Assembly (NCBI GenBank): GCA_030765735.1
Contig: JAVCBZ010000051.1
Location: forward strand, 1 to 43,808
Length of the DNA stretch: 43,808 nt
Direction of reading: 5' to 3'
Source of the DNA: Candidatus Susulua stagnicola
GTDB lineage: Bacteria; Omnitrophota; Gorgyraeia; Duberdicusellales; 4484-171
The translations under genes were made by a program, and so were the position numbers. Position 1 is the first letter of the stretch, and the number at the start of each line of letters is the position of its first letter. Positions 33,788 through 43,075 of the stretch are shown here, in pieces. The notes beneath the pieces were generated by a model. It did no database searches and was not told where the DNA came from. It saw only the letters and a list, made by a program, of their open reading frames with translations.

Positions 33788-35946
33788 TGATTAAACGAGC
33801 AGATTTAAAAATAAGAATAGCGGTTATTTTAGGGTTAGTTATTTTTAGTGCTATTTATGTTTTTCCTTTAGAAAAGAATATAAATTTAGGTCTTGATCTA
33901 AAGGGAGGTATGTATGTATTACTACGTGCAGATACCTCAGCTATTTCAGCTAAAAAAATTCCTGATGCAATTGGTGCAGCAGTAGAAAAGATACGCACTA
34001 GAATTGATGCTTATGGAGTCAAAGAAACTTCTATTCAAGTGCAAGGTGATAATTCTATTTTGGTTCAAGTCCCTGGTGTTATTGATCGAGGAATAATTGA
34101 TCGGCTAAAAGAAGTTGGAAAGCTAGAATTTAAAATAGTTGAAAAGGATAGCGAAAAAATATCGCAGGCTAAAGCAGGGAATGTGCCTGAAGGATATGAA
34201 CTTAAAAAGTACGCTGATACTCAACTTTTGCTTTTTAAAGATCCAGTTATGATGGGTTCGGGTCTTTCCGAGAGTTATTTAGGGTTTAATTCTTATGGCG
34301 GTTCTGAACCGATTTTGAATTTTACTTCTGAAGGTTCAAAAGAATTTGCTAAGATTACTGCCGATAATACTGGAGAAGCTTTAGCAATTGTTCTAGATGG
34401 TGTAATTAAAAGTGCTCCGAGAATTGATGAACCAATATTAAATGGTGAGGCTAGAATTAGAGGAGACTTTTCTGTAGATGATGCCAGATTAATCGTAACA
34501 GTATTAAATTCTGGTGCTCTACCAATTCCATTGGTGGTTGAAGAGGAAAGAAGTGTTGGTCCGTTGTTAGGTTCTGATTCTATCAATCGAGGAGTAAACT
34601 CTATACTTCTTGGGGCCGCTTTGGTGGTAGTTTTTGTTTTAATATATTATTTTCTTGGTGGCGTGGTTACAGTTATATGTCTTATTCTAGATCTTTTGTT
34701 TATTTTGGCTGGTTTGCTGCTTTTTAAAGGCACTTTAACTCTTCCTGGAATTGCTGGTATGATTTTGACTCTTGGTATGGCAGTCGATGCTAATGTTTTG
34801 ATATTTGAAAGAATAAGAGAAGAATTGAAATTAGATAAACCTTTAAGCATTGCTATTAAAAATGGTTTTAATCGAGCTAAGCGGACGATTATAGACGCTA
34901 ATGTTACTACCCTTATAGCTGCTTTATTCCTTTTTATTTATGGTACTGGCCCGATAAAAGGGTTTGCGACAACCCTTTCTTTAGGAATCATAGCTAGCAT
35001 ATTTACTTCAGTATTTGTTGGACGGACAATTTTTTCTCTTCTTTTGGATTTACGATTAAAAAGTTTACGAATGCTTTCTTTAATTTCAGCTCCTAAAATT
35101 AATTTTGTAAGACTTAGAGGAATCTGCATTGCTATTTCTTTAATCCTTGTTGTTGGGAGTTTGTTTACTTTTTATTCTAAAGGTGAGAGTGCTTTTGGTA
35201 TAGATTTTAAAGGTGGACAAATACTTGAGTATCAAATTAACCCTCCGACTGATATCCAAGAAATAAGAAATGTTTTAAAGAAAGAAGGCTTTAATGAGAT
35301 AGCTATTCAGGAGTTTAAGGATATATCTGGAGGAGTAAGCATTAAAAGTACTGCTGATATTGCTTCAGGAATTGATCAAGCTTTAAGAAATAATTTTGAA
35401 GAGGTTAAAGAGCTAAAGGCAACCACAGTTGGACCGGCTGTCGGTAAAATTTTAAAACAAAAAGCTTATTTAGCGATAGCTCTCTCACTTTTAGGTATAC
35501 TTGTTTATGTAGGCTTTAGGTTTAAGCATTTTGATTTTGCTTTTGCTGCTGTAATAGCTCTTTTTCATGATGTTATTATTAGTCTAGGTGTGCTTTGTTT
35601 TGCTGGGTATGAAATTAATCTTTTGACTGTAACTGCACTCTTAACTATTGCTGGTTATTCAATAAATGATACTATAGTTATTTATGATCGTATACGTGAG
35701 ATTTCTCCGCGCTCAAGAAAGTCATCTTTAAGTGAAATTATCAATATGGCTATAAATACTACCCTTTCAAGGACAGTTATTACCTCACTTACAACTCTTA
35801 TGGTGATTGTTTCAATTTTTTTACTAGGTGGAGAAATCTTAAAAGGTTTTTCTTTCGCTCTTTTAGTAGGTGTTATTTGTGGTACTTACTCATCAATATA
35901 TATAGCTGCTCCTTTAGTTCTTCTTTTTAGAAAATTTCGTGTTTAA
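33787..35946 (+). CDS. secDF: Fused protein-export membrane protein SecDF
   Basis: SecD periplasmic head (LGLDLKGG...) plus two 6-TM RND-like halves (GMAVDANVLIFERIREE... and INDTIVIYDRIRE). 719 aa. Confidence 0.9.
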   Translation: MIKRADLKIRIAVILGLVIFSAIYVFPLEKNINLGLDLKGGMYVLLRADTSAISAKKIPDAIGAAVEKIRTRIDAYGVKETSIQVQGDNSILVQVPGVIDRGIIDRLKEVGKLEFKIVEKDSEKISQAKAGNVPEGYELKKYADTQLLLFKDPVMMGSGLSESYLGFNSYGGSEPILNFTSEGSKEFAKITADNTGEALAIVLDGVIKSAPRIDEPILNGEARIRGDFSVDDARLIVTVLNSGALPIPLVVEEERSVGPLLGSDSINRGVNSILLGAALVVVFVLIYYFLGGVVTVICLILDLLFILAGLLLFKGTLTLPGIAGMILTLGMAVDANVLIFERIREELKLDKPLSIAIKNGFNRAKRTIIDANVTTLIAALFLFIYGTGPIKGFATTLSLGIIASIFTSVFVGRTIFSLLLDLRLKSLRMLSLISAPKINFVRLRGICIAISLILVVGSLFTFYSKGESAFGIDFKGGQILEYQINPPTDIQEIRNVLKKEGFNEIAIQEFKDISGGVSIKSTADIASGIDQALRNNFEEVKELKATTVGPAVGKILKQKAYLAIALSLLGILVYVGFRFKHFDFAFAAVIALFHDVIISLGVLCFAGYEINLLTVTALLTIAGYSINDTIVIYDRIREISPRSRKSSLSEIINMAINTTLSRTVITSLTTLMVIVSIFLLGGEILKGFSFALLVGVICGTYSSIYIAAPLVLLFRKFRV

Positions 35947-37834
35947 TACATTAAAAATCTACAGACATAAAGAGTTGTCTCTTAAACAAGTTATTAGTGA
36001 ACTTGTTTCCTTGGGCTATTGTCGTGTTGATGCGGTTTTAGAAGAGGGAGATTTTACCCTTCGCGGGGATACCTTAGAGCTTTATCCGGTAAATTTTAAT
36101 TTTCCTTTGAGAATTGAATGGGAATTTGAAACTATAGAAAAAATTTATAGTTTTGATAAGTCACTTAATAGAAAAATAATTGATTATGAGTTTCTAATAA
36201 TTATTCCTCACTTAAAAAAATCTAAACGATATACCTCAGAAGACTTTCCTCTTGAAGTAACTTTACAAATAAAAAAAGGCGATTATGTTGTTCATAATCG
36301 TTATGGAATTGGTAAATTTTGTGGAGTAAAATTGCTGACGGTTAGAGATAAAAAGGATTATTATTTTGAGATAGAATATGAGAACAAGGATAAGCTTTAT
36401 GTTCCAAAAGAAGATGCTCATCTTGTTCAGAAATATAGTGGATTTTCCTTGAAGAGACCGCGTTTGTCACGCTTAGGTTCAAAAGAATGGACTCGAATAA
36501 AAGAAAAAGTCCAAAAAGGCATAAAGTCTTTTGCCTTAGAAATATTAAAAATTGAGGCTCAGAGGAAGATAATTGGTGGTTTTAAGTATATAGCTGATGG
36601 TACTTGGCAGAAGAAATTTGAGCAGAGTTTTCCTTATAAGGAAACCGAAGGTCAGGTGCAGTCAATTTTTGAGGTTAAGAATGATATGCAAGAGGCTGGG
36701 TGTATGGATAGGATTATCTGTGGAGATGTTGGTTATGGTAAAACCGAAGTTGCTATGCGGGCTGCCTTTAAATGTGTTGAAAGTGGCAAGCAAGTAGCAT
36801 TTTTAGTTCCAACCACAATACTTGCTTATCAGCATTACAATACTTTGGTTAAAAGGTTAAAAGATTTTCCTTTTTGTGTGGAGATGCTTTCGCGCTTTAG
36901 GACTAAGAATGAGCAAAATGAAATTTTAAAAAAAATAAGCCAAGGAAAGATTGATATTATAGTCGGTACTCATCGTCTTCTTTCTGATGACGTTTGCTTT
37001 AAGGATTTAGGTCTTTTAATCATTGATGAAGAGCATAAGTTTGGAGTTACTCATAAGGAAAAAATAAAGAAACTTAAAGTCAACATTGATATCCTTGTAT
37101 TGACTGCAACGCCTATTCCTCGTACTCTTTATATGGGGCTAGTTGGATTAAAAAAAATCTCAATGATACGAACGCCGCCTAAAGAAAGATTAGCGGTTAA
37201 AACTAAGGTCATTGAATATAATGTTAAGAATTTAGGCGAAATAATAGTTAAGGAGTCAAAACGTGGCGGACAGGTTTTTTTTATTCATAATCGTATTGAA
37301 AGTATTGAAGGAATTAAGCGTGTACTAGTAAAGGTTTTGCCTAAAGAGATAAGAATAGGGTTAGTTCATGGAAGACTTCCAACTCATGCTATGGAAAAAG
37401 TTATCATGGATTTTATTAATCAAAAAATCGATTGTTTATTTTCAACGGCTATTGTTGAGTCAGGCATAGATGTCCCTACTGCAAACACAATAATTATTAA
37501 TGATGCCCATAAATTTGGTCTAGCAGATTTACATCAATTAAGAGGTAGAGTTGGAAGGTTTGATTTGCAAGCATTTGCATACTTAGTAACGCCACGAGCA
37601 GGTGAAATTCCTCAAGATGCTGCTCAGCGACTCAAACATCTTTGTGATTTTTCTCATCTTGGCGCTGGTTTTGAAGTTGCGATGACTGATTTAGAATTAC
37701 GGGGTGCGGGGAATATCTTAGGCAAAGAGCAACATGGCTTTGTTTGGATGGTAGGTTTTGATTTATATTGCCGTTTGCTTAAAAAAGAGATAGAATATTT
37801 AAAACTTGCGTTCAAAATTGATACTGGTTCTTAA
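35939..37834 (+). CDS. mfd: Transcription-repair coupling factor Mfd, compact form (631 aa)
   Basis: It has the UvrB-homology remnant (LGYCRVDAVLEEGDFTLRGDTLELYP) and the CarD/RID block GDYVVHNRYGIGKF. The SF2 helicase motifs are present (GDVGYGKTEVA, IIDEEH, TATPIPRT), as is the TRG motif LHQLRGRVGR. GTG start. Confidence 0.85.
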   Translation: MFNTLKIYRHKELSLKQVISELVSLGYCRVDAVLEEGDFTLRGDTLELYPVNFNFPLRIEWEFETIEKIYSFDKSLNRKIIDYEFLIIIPHLKKSKRYTSEDFPLEVTLQIKKGDYVVHNRYGIGKFCGVKLLTVRDKKDYYFEIEYENKDKLYVPKEDAHLVQKYSGFSLKRPRLSRLGSKEWTRIKEKVQKGIKSFALEILKIEAQRKIIGGFKYIADGTWQKKFEQSFPYKETEGQVQSIFEVKNDMQEAGCMDRIICGDVGYGKTEVAMRAAFKCVESGKQVAFLVPTTILAYQHYNTLVKRLKDFPFCVEMLSRFRTKNEQNEILKKISQGKIDIIVGTHRLLSDDVCFKDLGLLIIDEEHKFGVTHKEKIKKLKVNIDILVLTATPIPRTLYMGLVGLKKISMIRTPPKERLAVKTKVIEYNVKNLGEIIVKESKRGGQVFFIHNRIESIEGIKRVLVKVLPKEIRIGLVHGRLPTHAMEKVIMDFINQKIDCLFSTAIVESGIDVPTANTIIINDAHKFGLADLHQLRGRVGRFDLQAFAYLVTPRAGEIPQDAAQRLKHLCDFSHLGAGFEVAMTDLELRGAGNILGKEQHGFVWMVGFDLYCRLLKKEIEYLKLAFKIDTGS

Positions 37835-37854
37835 AATATTTATAGGGAGAGCAT

Positions 37855-38748
37855 ATGAAATTGAATACAGCACTATTAATTGCATTATTATTTTTTTCTT
37901 TTAACGTTTATAGTCAAGAGGTGAGCAAAATAATTGTTAAGGTGAATAATCAAGTTATTACTTCTCGAGATTTAGATGAGTATTGTAAGGTTCTTGCTTA
38001 TAGGTTTTCCAATGGCAATGAAGATATTTCAGCTGATGATCAGGAGTTTAGAGGAAAAGCTTTAGAAAGATTAATCGAAGACACTCTTGTTTTAGGCAAA
38101 GCTAAGCAAGAAGGAATAGAAATTCCTTTTTTCCGAGTTGATAATAAAATAGAGCAGTTAGTTTCTTCTCATCCCAGCCGTAAGGATTTTGAAGAGTCAT
38201 TGATTGAAAAAGGGCTTACGATTGCTCTTTTGAGGAAAAAGATTAAAGACCAATATTTACTGAGAGACATTGTTGATAAACATATAAAATCCCAAGTAGT
38301 TGTTTCTCCAAAAGAAATAAGCGATTATTATTTCAAAAATCCCGAAGAGTTTTATTCAGCAGTTAGATATAGTTTTTATATTGCACAATCAAGTGATGAA
38401 AGTATTTTAAAAAAAATATCTAGTATTATTAAAAATGAAGGAATTTCTGAAGCTTTAATTGAAAACAGTGATATTTTAAAAAAAATGGAATCAGATTTAA
38501 AGGAATTAAAATTAGAAATAGCTAAAATCTTTGAGAATTTAGAAATTAATCAGTGCAAGATTGTAAGAGTTGATAGCGTTTATTATTTAATTTTCTTAGA
38601 AGAGAAAATTTTTCCTACCCAGCTTTCTCTGGAAGAAGTAAAAGAGGCTATTTATGCTTATCTTTGGGATGTTAGATTTAAAGAGAAATTTATTGAATGG
38701 TTAGACGAGCTAAAAGAGGATGCCTTAATAAAAAAGTATGATCAGTAG
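37855..38748 (+). CDS. SurA-N-like periplasmic chaperone without a recognisable parvulin domain
   Basis: Signal peptide, then IIVKVNNQVITSRDLDEY..., typical of the SurA/PpiD N-domain. It sits upstream of pdxA-rsmA, as surA does in E. coli. Confidence 0.5.
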   Translation: MKLNTALLIALLFFSFNVYSQEVSKIIVKVNNQVITSRDLDEYCKVLAYRFSNGNEDISADDQEFRGKALERLIEDTLVLGKAKQEGIEIPFFRVDNKIEQLVSSHPSRKDFEESLIEKGLTIALLRKKIKDQYLLRDIVDKHIKSQVVVSPKEISDYYFKNPEEFYSAVRYSFYIAQSSDESILKKISSIIKNEGISEALIENSDILKKMESDLKELKLEIAKIFENLEINQCKIVRVDSVYYLIFLEEKIFPTQLSLEEVKEAIYAYLWDVRFKEKFIEWLDELKEDALIKKYDQ

Positions 38749-39667
38749 AAAAAGAATCGTGATTAGTTCTGGAGATCCGGGTGGCTGTGGGCCTTATATA
38801 ACTTTAAAAGCAATTGATAGCCTTAAACAGAGAGAGTTTGATTTTTTTGTGGTTGGTGATCAGAAAATATTTAAAAAAATATCAATTTATAAAAAAGTAA
38901 GTCGTAAAATCAATTTTATTGATTTAAATACTTCTGGTATTGAAGGGTTAGAAAAAGGAAAACCTTCTCGATTAAGTGGTAAAGCTAGCTTAAGTTATCT
39001 TAATAAAGCCTTAGAATTAATGAAAAAGAAGAAAATAAAACGTTTGGTTACGGCTCCTTTGTCTAAAGAAGCAGTAAAATCTGTTTTAAAGGAATTTAGT
39101 GGTCATACTGAGTATTTAGCCAATTATTTTAATATTAATAATTTTGCTATGATGATGGCTTCGTCGTCTTTAAAAGTGGTTATGGCAACGAGGCATATCA
39201 ATTTAAAAGAAGTATCTTCTTCTTTATTTAAAGAAGATATCTATAAGTTACTTTGCTTAACTTATGAGTCTTTAAATAAACAATTTAAGGTGAAAAAGCC
39301 CCGAATTGCTTTTTGCGCCGTAAACCCCCATGCTGGCTTAAAAACTTTTATTGGCAAAGAGGAAAAAATAATTATTCAAGCAAAGGAAAAATTTAAGAAA
39401 GAAACTTACGGCCCATATCCTGCAGATACTATATTTACTAAAGATAATTTAAAGAAATACGATTGTGTTATTTGTGTTTATCATGATCAGGCAATGATTC
39501 CTTTTAAATTACTTTCGTTTAATACCGGAGTAAATGTGACATTAGGATTACCGATTGTAAGGACTTCACCCTCTCATGGTGTTGCCTATGATTTAACGAT
39601 AAGTGGTAAAATACCTTTTCATTCTTCGATGCTTGAAGCAATTAAGCTGGCAGCAAAATTATTTTGA
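38738..39667 (+). CDS. pdxA: 4-hydroxythreonine-4-phosphate dehydrogenase
   Basis: SSGDPGGCGP, GHTEYLA, YHDQAMIPFK, RTSPSHGVAYDL. Confidence 0.9.
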   Translation: MISRKRIVISSGDPGGCGPYITLKAIDSLKQREFDFFVVGDQKIFKKISIYKKVSRKINFIDLNTSGIEGLEKGKPSRLSGKASLSYLNKALELMKKKKIKRLVTAPLSKEAVKSVLKEFSGHTEYLANYFNINNFAMMMASSSLKVVMATRHINLKEVSSSLFKEDIYKLLCLTYESLNKQFKVKKPRIAFCAVNPHAGLKTFIGKEEKIIIQAKEKFKKETYGPYPADTIFTKDNLKKYDCVICVYHDQAMIPFKLLSFNTGVNVTLGLPIVRTSPSHGVAYDLTISGKIPFHSSMLEAIKLAAKLF

Positions 39668-40449
39668 TGAAACAACTACATTCATTTGGTCAAATATTTC
39701 TTACAAATAGTGAGTTTATACAAAAAATTAGTAATAGTTTAGACATTAAGAATAGGCAAGTCTTAGAAATTGGTCCGGGCAAGGGAGCGATGAGTGAGGT
39801 TTTAGTTGAAGAGGCAAAGAAGCTTTATTGTGTTGAAGTTGACCAGAGATTTTGTGGTTTTTTAAAAAAGAAATTTTCTAAAAAAAGTAATATTGAAATT
39901 ATTCATCAGGATATTTTAAGGTTTAAGCTTTCTAAATTGGGAGGAAAAATAATTGTTTTTGGTAATGTACCGTATCAGATAAGTAGTGAGTTAATAAAGT
40001 ATATTATTGGTTATAGAAATTACATTGATATTGCTTATTTTACTTTTCAAAAGGAATTTGTTGAAAAAATAACTGCTAAGCCATCTTCTAGCAATTATAA
40101 TTTCTTGAGTTGTTATATCCAATATTATGCTAGGACAGAGAAACTTTTTGATATTAAAGCTTCAGCTTTTGATCCAGTGCCTAAAGTTGATTCTGCATTT
40201 TCTAAAATTGTCTTTTACAAAGAACTGCCACACAAAGCTATGAATGAGGATTTTCTTTTTAAAATTATTCGCAAGGCCTTTTCTTCGAGTCGAAAAAAAA
40301 TAACTAATGCTTTAAATTTATCCGAGAATGATCAGAATTTTTTTAAATCTGTTGGTTTAAATTTAAATTTACGTCCTGAAAACTTTTCATTGAAAGATTA
40401 TGTGTTTATTGCTAATCAACTTTACCCCGTTAGAGAAAAATTTCTCTAA
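39667..40449 (+). CDS. rsmA: 16S rRNA (adenine1518/1519-N6) dimethyltransferase
   Basis: GQIFL, the SAM motif VLEIGPGKGAMS, and GNVPYQISS. The ATG at 39667 overlaps the pdxA stop. Confidence 0.9.
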   Translation: MKQLHSFGQIFLTNSEFIQKISNSLDIKNRQVLEIGPGKGAMSEVLVEEAKKLYCVEVDQRFCGFLKKKFSKKSNIEIIHQDILRFKLSKLGGKIIVFGNVPYQISSELIKYIIGYRNYIDIAYFTFQKEFVEKITAKPSSSNYNFLSCYIQYYARTEKLFDIKASAFDPVPKVDSAFSKIVFYKELPHKAMNEDFLFKIIRKAFSSSRKKITNALNLSENDQNFFKSVGLNLNLRPENFSLKDYVFIANQLYPVREKFL

Positions 40450-40461
40450 CGGGGTCTTTTT
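40424..40461 (+). terminator. Strong rho-independent terminator enclosing the rsmA stop codon
   Basis: ACCCCGTTAGAGA-AAAATT-TCTCTAACGGGGT (13-bp stem) followed by CTTTTT. Confidence 0.8.
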
Positions 40462-40469
40462 GATATAAT
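40461..40469 (+). promoter_or_regulatory. Extended -10 element TGATATAAT immediately after the terminator
   Basis: Same motif as 29618-29626. The ATG of the short ORF lies 13 nt downstream with no SD sequence. Confidence 0.45.
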
Positions 40470-40481
40470 TAAAAAAAAGTT

Positions 40482-40568
40482 ATGAAAAATATTATCTTAG
40501 CTCATCATTGTCCTCAATGGAAAACCCATATTGGTTTTTTGCTTGCTGCAGTTGGTTCAGCTAAATGA
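40482..40568 (+). pseudogene. 28-codon N-terminal relic of a neurotransmitter:sodium symporter (NSS/SNF) family transporter, now a leader ORF
   Basis: MKNIILAHHCPQWKTHIGFLLAAVGSAK*. The block QW..+IGFxLAAxGSA matches the conserved start of TM1 in NSS proteins (normally continuing VGLGN). Its stop TGA overlaps the next ATG (ATGA). Confidence 0.5.
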
Positions 40569-41461
40569 AAAAAAGAGTTTTTCTTATTCATTTAACTATT
40601 ATTGTTTTAGCTATTGGTTTATTTAGCTATATTTTTTTAGGGCTAGATCAACTTTATAAAAGAAATATTTTTCTCGGCAACGCAAATGATCTTTCCAAGA
40701 AGGAATTTAAGAGTGCAAAAGTTGAGTATGGTTTTGTTATAAAAAAGATAGGTTTTTTAGGTTCAGAGCTATTACATAATTCAGAAGAGCAATTTGCGGC
40801 AGCTAGTTTAATTAAATTACCAATATTGGCTGCAGTCTTTTATGCAATTGAAGAGGAAAAGGTTGCCTTAGATGATTTAATTACCATACAAAGAAAAGAT
40901 ATAACTGGTGGTAGTGGAAAGATTAAAGCTCTTTCCTTGCCAAGAAAATTTACTTTTGCTCAGCTTTTGGAGTTAATGATTGCTTCAAGTGATAATACTG
41001 CCACTAATAAAGTGATTGAAATCTTGAATTTTAAGTATATTAATGATATTTTTAAAAGAATAGGCTTAAAAGGTACAACTTTAACTAGGAAAATGATGGA
41101 TTTTTCACAACGTAGTAAAGGAATTGAAAACTATACTAGCTCCTCAGACATAGCTTATATTCTAGAGAAAATTTACAAAAAACAGCTAATTAACAGAGAA
41201 TTGTCTAATCTAGCTTTATCTTTTTTAAAAAAACAGAAGGTAAATGATCGCTTACCACGCTATTTACCAGAAGGGATTGTTATCGCCCACAAGACTGGTT
41301 TGGAACGAGGAGTAGTCCATGATGCTGGAATTGTTTTTACCCCAAAAGGTGATTATATAATTTGTGTTTTAGTCAAGGGTTGTAGGAGTTATTCCAAGGC
41401 AAAGAAATTTATTGCTCAATTTTCATTATTGACATATAATCTAATGAATGATAAACGATAA
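40565..41461 (+). CDS. Membrane-anchored class A beta-lactamase-like serine hydrolase
   Basis: N-terminal TM helix, then SxxK (AASLIKL), SDN (ASSDNTATN) and KTG (AHKTGLERG) at class-A spacing. Confidence 0.75.
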   Translation: MKKRVFLIHLTIIVLAIGLFSYIFLGLDQLYKRNIFLGNANDLSKKEFKSAKVEYGFVIKKIGFLGSELLHNSEEQFAAASLIKLPILAAVFYAIEEEKVALDDLITIQRKDITGGSGKIKALSLPRKFTFAQLLELMIASSDNTATNKVIEILNFKYINDIFKRIGLKGTTLTRKMMDFSQRSKGIENYTSSSDIAYILEKIYKKQLINRELSNLALSFLKKQKVNDRLPRYLPEGIVIAHKTGLERGVVHDAGIVFTPKGDYIICVLVKGCRSYSKAKKFIAQFSLLTYNLMNDKR

Positions 41462-41538
41462 CTAATAATTTATAATTAAAAAATAAAAATTCTTTTAACC
41501 TTGATTATCAATTATCATTTATAAATTATAGAACGAAT

Positions 41539-41841
41539 ATGTTTATTATTAGTAATTTTTTATTTGCTTTAGCCAGAGTCCTAGATTTTATTCTTAATGC
41601 TTTTACTTGGCTTATTATAATTAGAGCCTTGATAAGCTGGGTAAACCCAGATCCCTATAATACAATTGTTCAGTTACTTCATAAATTGACAGAACCAATT
41701 TTTTATCCGATAAGAAAATTGTTGCCTTTTAGCTTTAAGGCGGGAATAGATTTATCGCCGATTATTGCAATTTTAATAATAGTCTTTTGTAGAAGTTTTC
41801 TAGTCCAAACATTATTTGATTTAGCTCTTAAAATGAGGTGA
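41539..41841 (+). CDS. yggT: YggT family membrane protein
   Basis: IIIRALISWVNPDPYN...LTEPIFYPIRKLLP...GIDLSPI is the YggT signature; 100 aa. Confidence 0.8.
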   Translation: MFIISNFLFALARVLDFILNAFTWLIIIRALISWVNPDPYNTIVQLLHKLTEPIFYPIRKLLPFSFKAGIDLSPIIAILIIVFCRSFLVQTLFDLALKMR

Positions 41842-41863
41842 TTAGAGGAGGCAGTAACAAAAA

Positions 41864-42535
41864 ATGGGATTAATATCAGCTGGTATACCGGTAGTTATAG
41901 TTGTAGTTATTTTTTTCTTTATAGTTAGAGTGGCTACAGTAATTTTAAAACTTACTGGCATGGACGAGGGGACTGCTCGCTTCCAAGCAATTTCTGCTTT
42001 TACTGGTACAGGGTTTACAACTGCTGCTGCCGAAACAATTCTTGACGATAAACTTCGAAGCAAAACTGTTAGTGTGCTCATGGTTTTGGGTAAAGTCGGA
42101 ATTGTTTCAGTAATTGCTAGTTTGTTTCTTTCATTTGGTAAAGATGATTTAGCAGCCGATTTATCAAAAGCGGTAATTATTCTTGCTTTTATCACAATTC
42201 TTTATAAAATAACTACTTTGAAAGGATTTTCTCGAGCTTTAAATAAGTTTATTGAAAAAAGAATCATAACTAGAGGGTTCATAAAACAGAAAACCTTAGA
42301 GGAACTTTTTACTCTCCCTAAGGGGTATGGCTTAGCGCAACTTGCAATAACTGGTAAAAGTAAGGAAGATGGACTTACTTTAGCTGAAGCGGGATTTATT
42401 AAAAGAGATATTTTAGTTTTATCTATTGAACGGAAGGAGCAGCTAATCTCTTTTCCTCATGCTGGAGATACAATTAGTAAGGGTGACAAACTTCTTTGTT
42501 ACGGGTTAATAAATAATATAAAAGAATACGCTTAG
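41864..42535 (+). CDS. Membrane protein with a single TrkH/KtrB-like M1-P-M2 module fused to a TrkA-C (RCK_C) domain
   Basis: TM1, then a pore-helix-like RFQAISAFTGTGFTT, then TM2. The C-terminal RCK_C pattern is LAQLAITGKSKEDGLTLAEAGFIKRDILVLSIERKEQLISFPHAGDTISKGDKLLCYG. Confidence 0.6.
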   Translation: MGLISAGIPVVIVVVIFFFIVRVATVILKLTGMDEGTARFQAISAFTGTGFTTAAAETILDDKLRSKTVSVLMVLGKVGIVSVIASLFLSFGKDDLAADLSKAVIILAFITILYKITTLKGFSRALNKFIEKRIITRGFIKQKTLEELFTLPKGYGLAQLAITGKSKEDGLTLAEAGFIKRDILVLSIERKEQLISFPHAGDTISKGDKLLCYGLINNIKEYA

Positions 42536-42601
42536 ACTGAAGAAGATTTATGTGAATTCAGGTAATAAGGGTATACAACAAAAAGGAGACAGGGAATAGT
42601 T

Positions 42602-43057
42602 ATGGTAGTATCAGATTATTTAAAAGAAAAGTTTTGTTTGGTTGATTTACAGGCAACGGATAAAGATGGTTCAATTAAAGAAATTGCTGAAGTTTTAGTT
42701 ACTGCTGGGAAGATAATAGATGAAAAATCTTTCATTGAAGATGTTCTTGAAAGAGAAGAGCTTGGTTCAACCGGTATTGGCAATAATGTTGGTATACCTC
42801 ATGCAAGAACTAAAGCAGTTAAGGGCTTTGTTATTGGTTTTGGTCGTTCAAAAGCTGGTATTGAGTTCAAGGCTTTAGATGGAGAAAAAGTTAATCTTGT
42901 TTTTTTGATGGGGGCAGATCCTAGTGAGTTAAATTTATATTTAAGAATTTTAGCTGAGCTATCAAAGCTACTTATGAATATCTCTTTTAGGGAAGCTTTG
43001 ATGGCTGCTAATAGTGCTGCCGAAGTGATTGCAGCAGTAAAAAAGTTTGAACGATAG
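42602..43057 (+). CDS. ptsN: PTS EIIA type-2 domain protein (PtsN / EIIA-Ntr-like)
   Basis: REELGSTGIGNNVGIPHARTK (phosphorylatable His); ~150 aa. No EIIB or EIIC gene is nearby. Confidence 0.8.
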   Translation: MVVSDYLKEKFCLVDLQATDKDGSIKEIAEVLVTAGKIIDEKSFIEDVLEREELGSTGIGNNVGIPHARTKAVKGFVIGFGRSKAGIEFKALDGEKVNLVFLMGADPSELNLYLRILAELSKLLMNISFREALMAANSAAEVIAAVKKFER

Positions 43058-43075
43058 TAAAAAAGTAGGTACGAA

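Noticed and set aside
36597-36797. 66-aa + strand ORF inside mfd in another frame
   Set aside because: It is entirely embedded in the helicase-motif-I region of mfd and has no independent signal.
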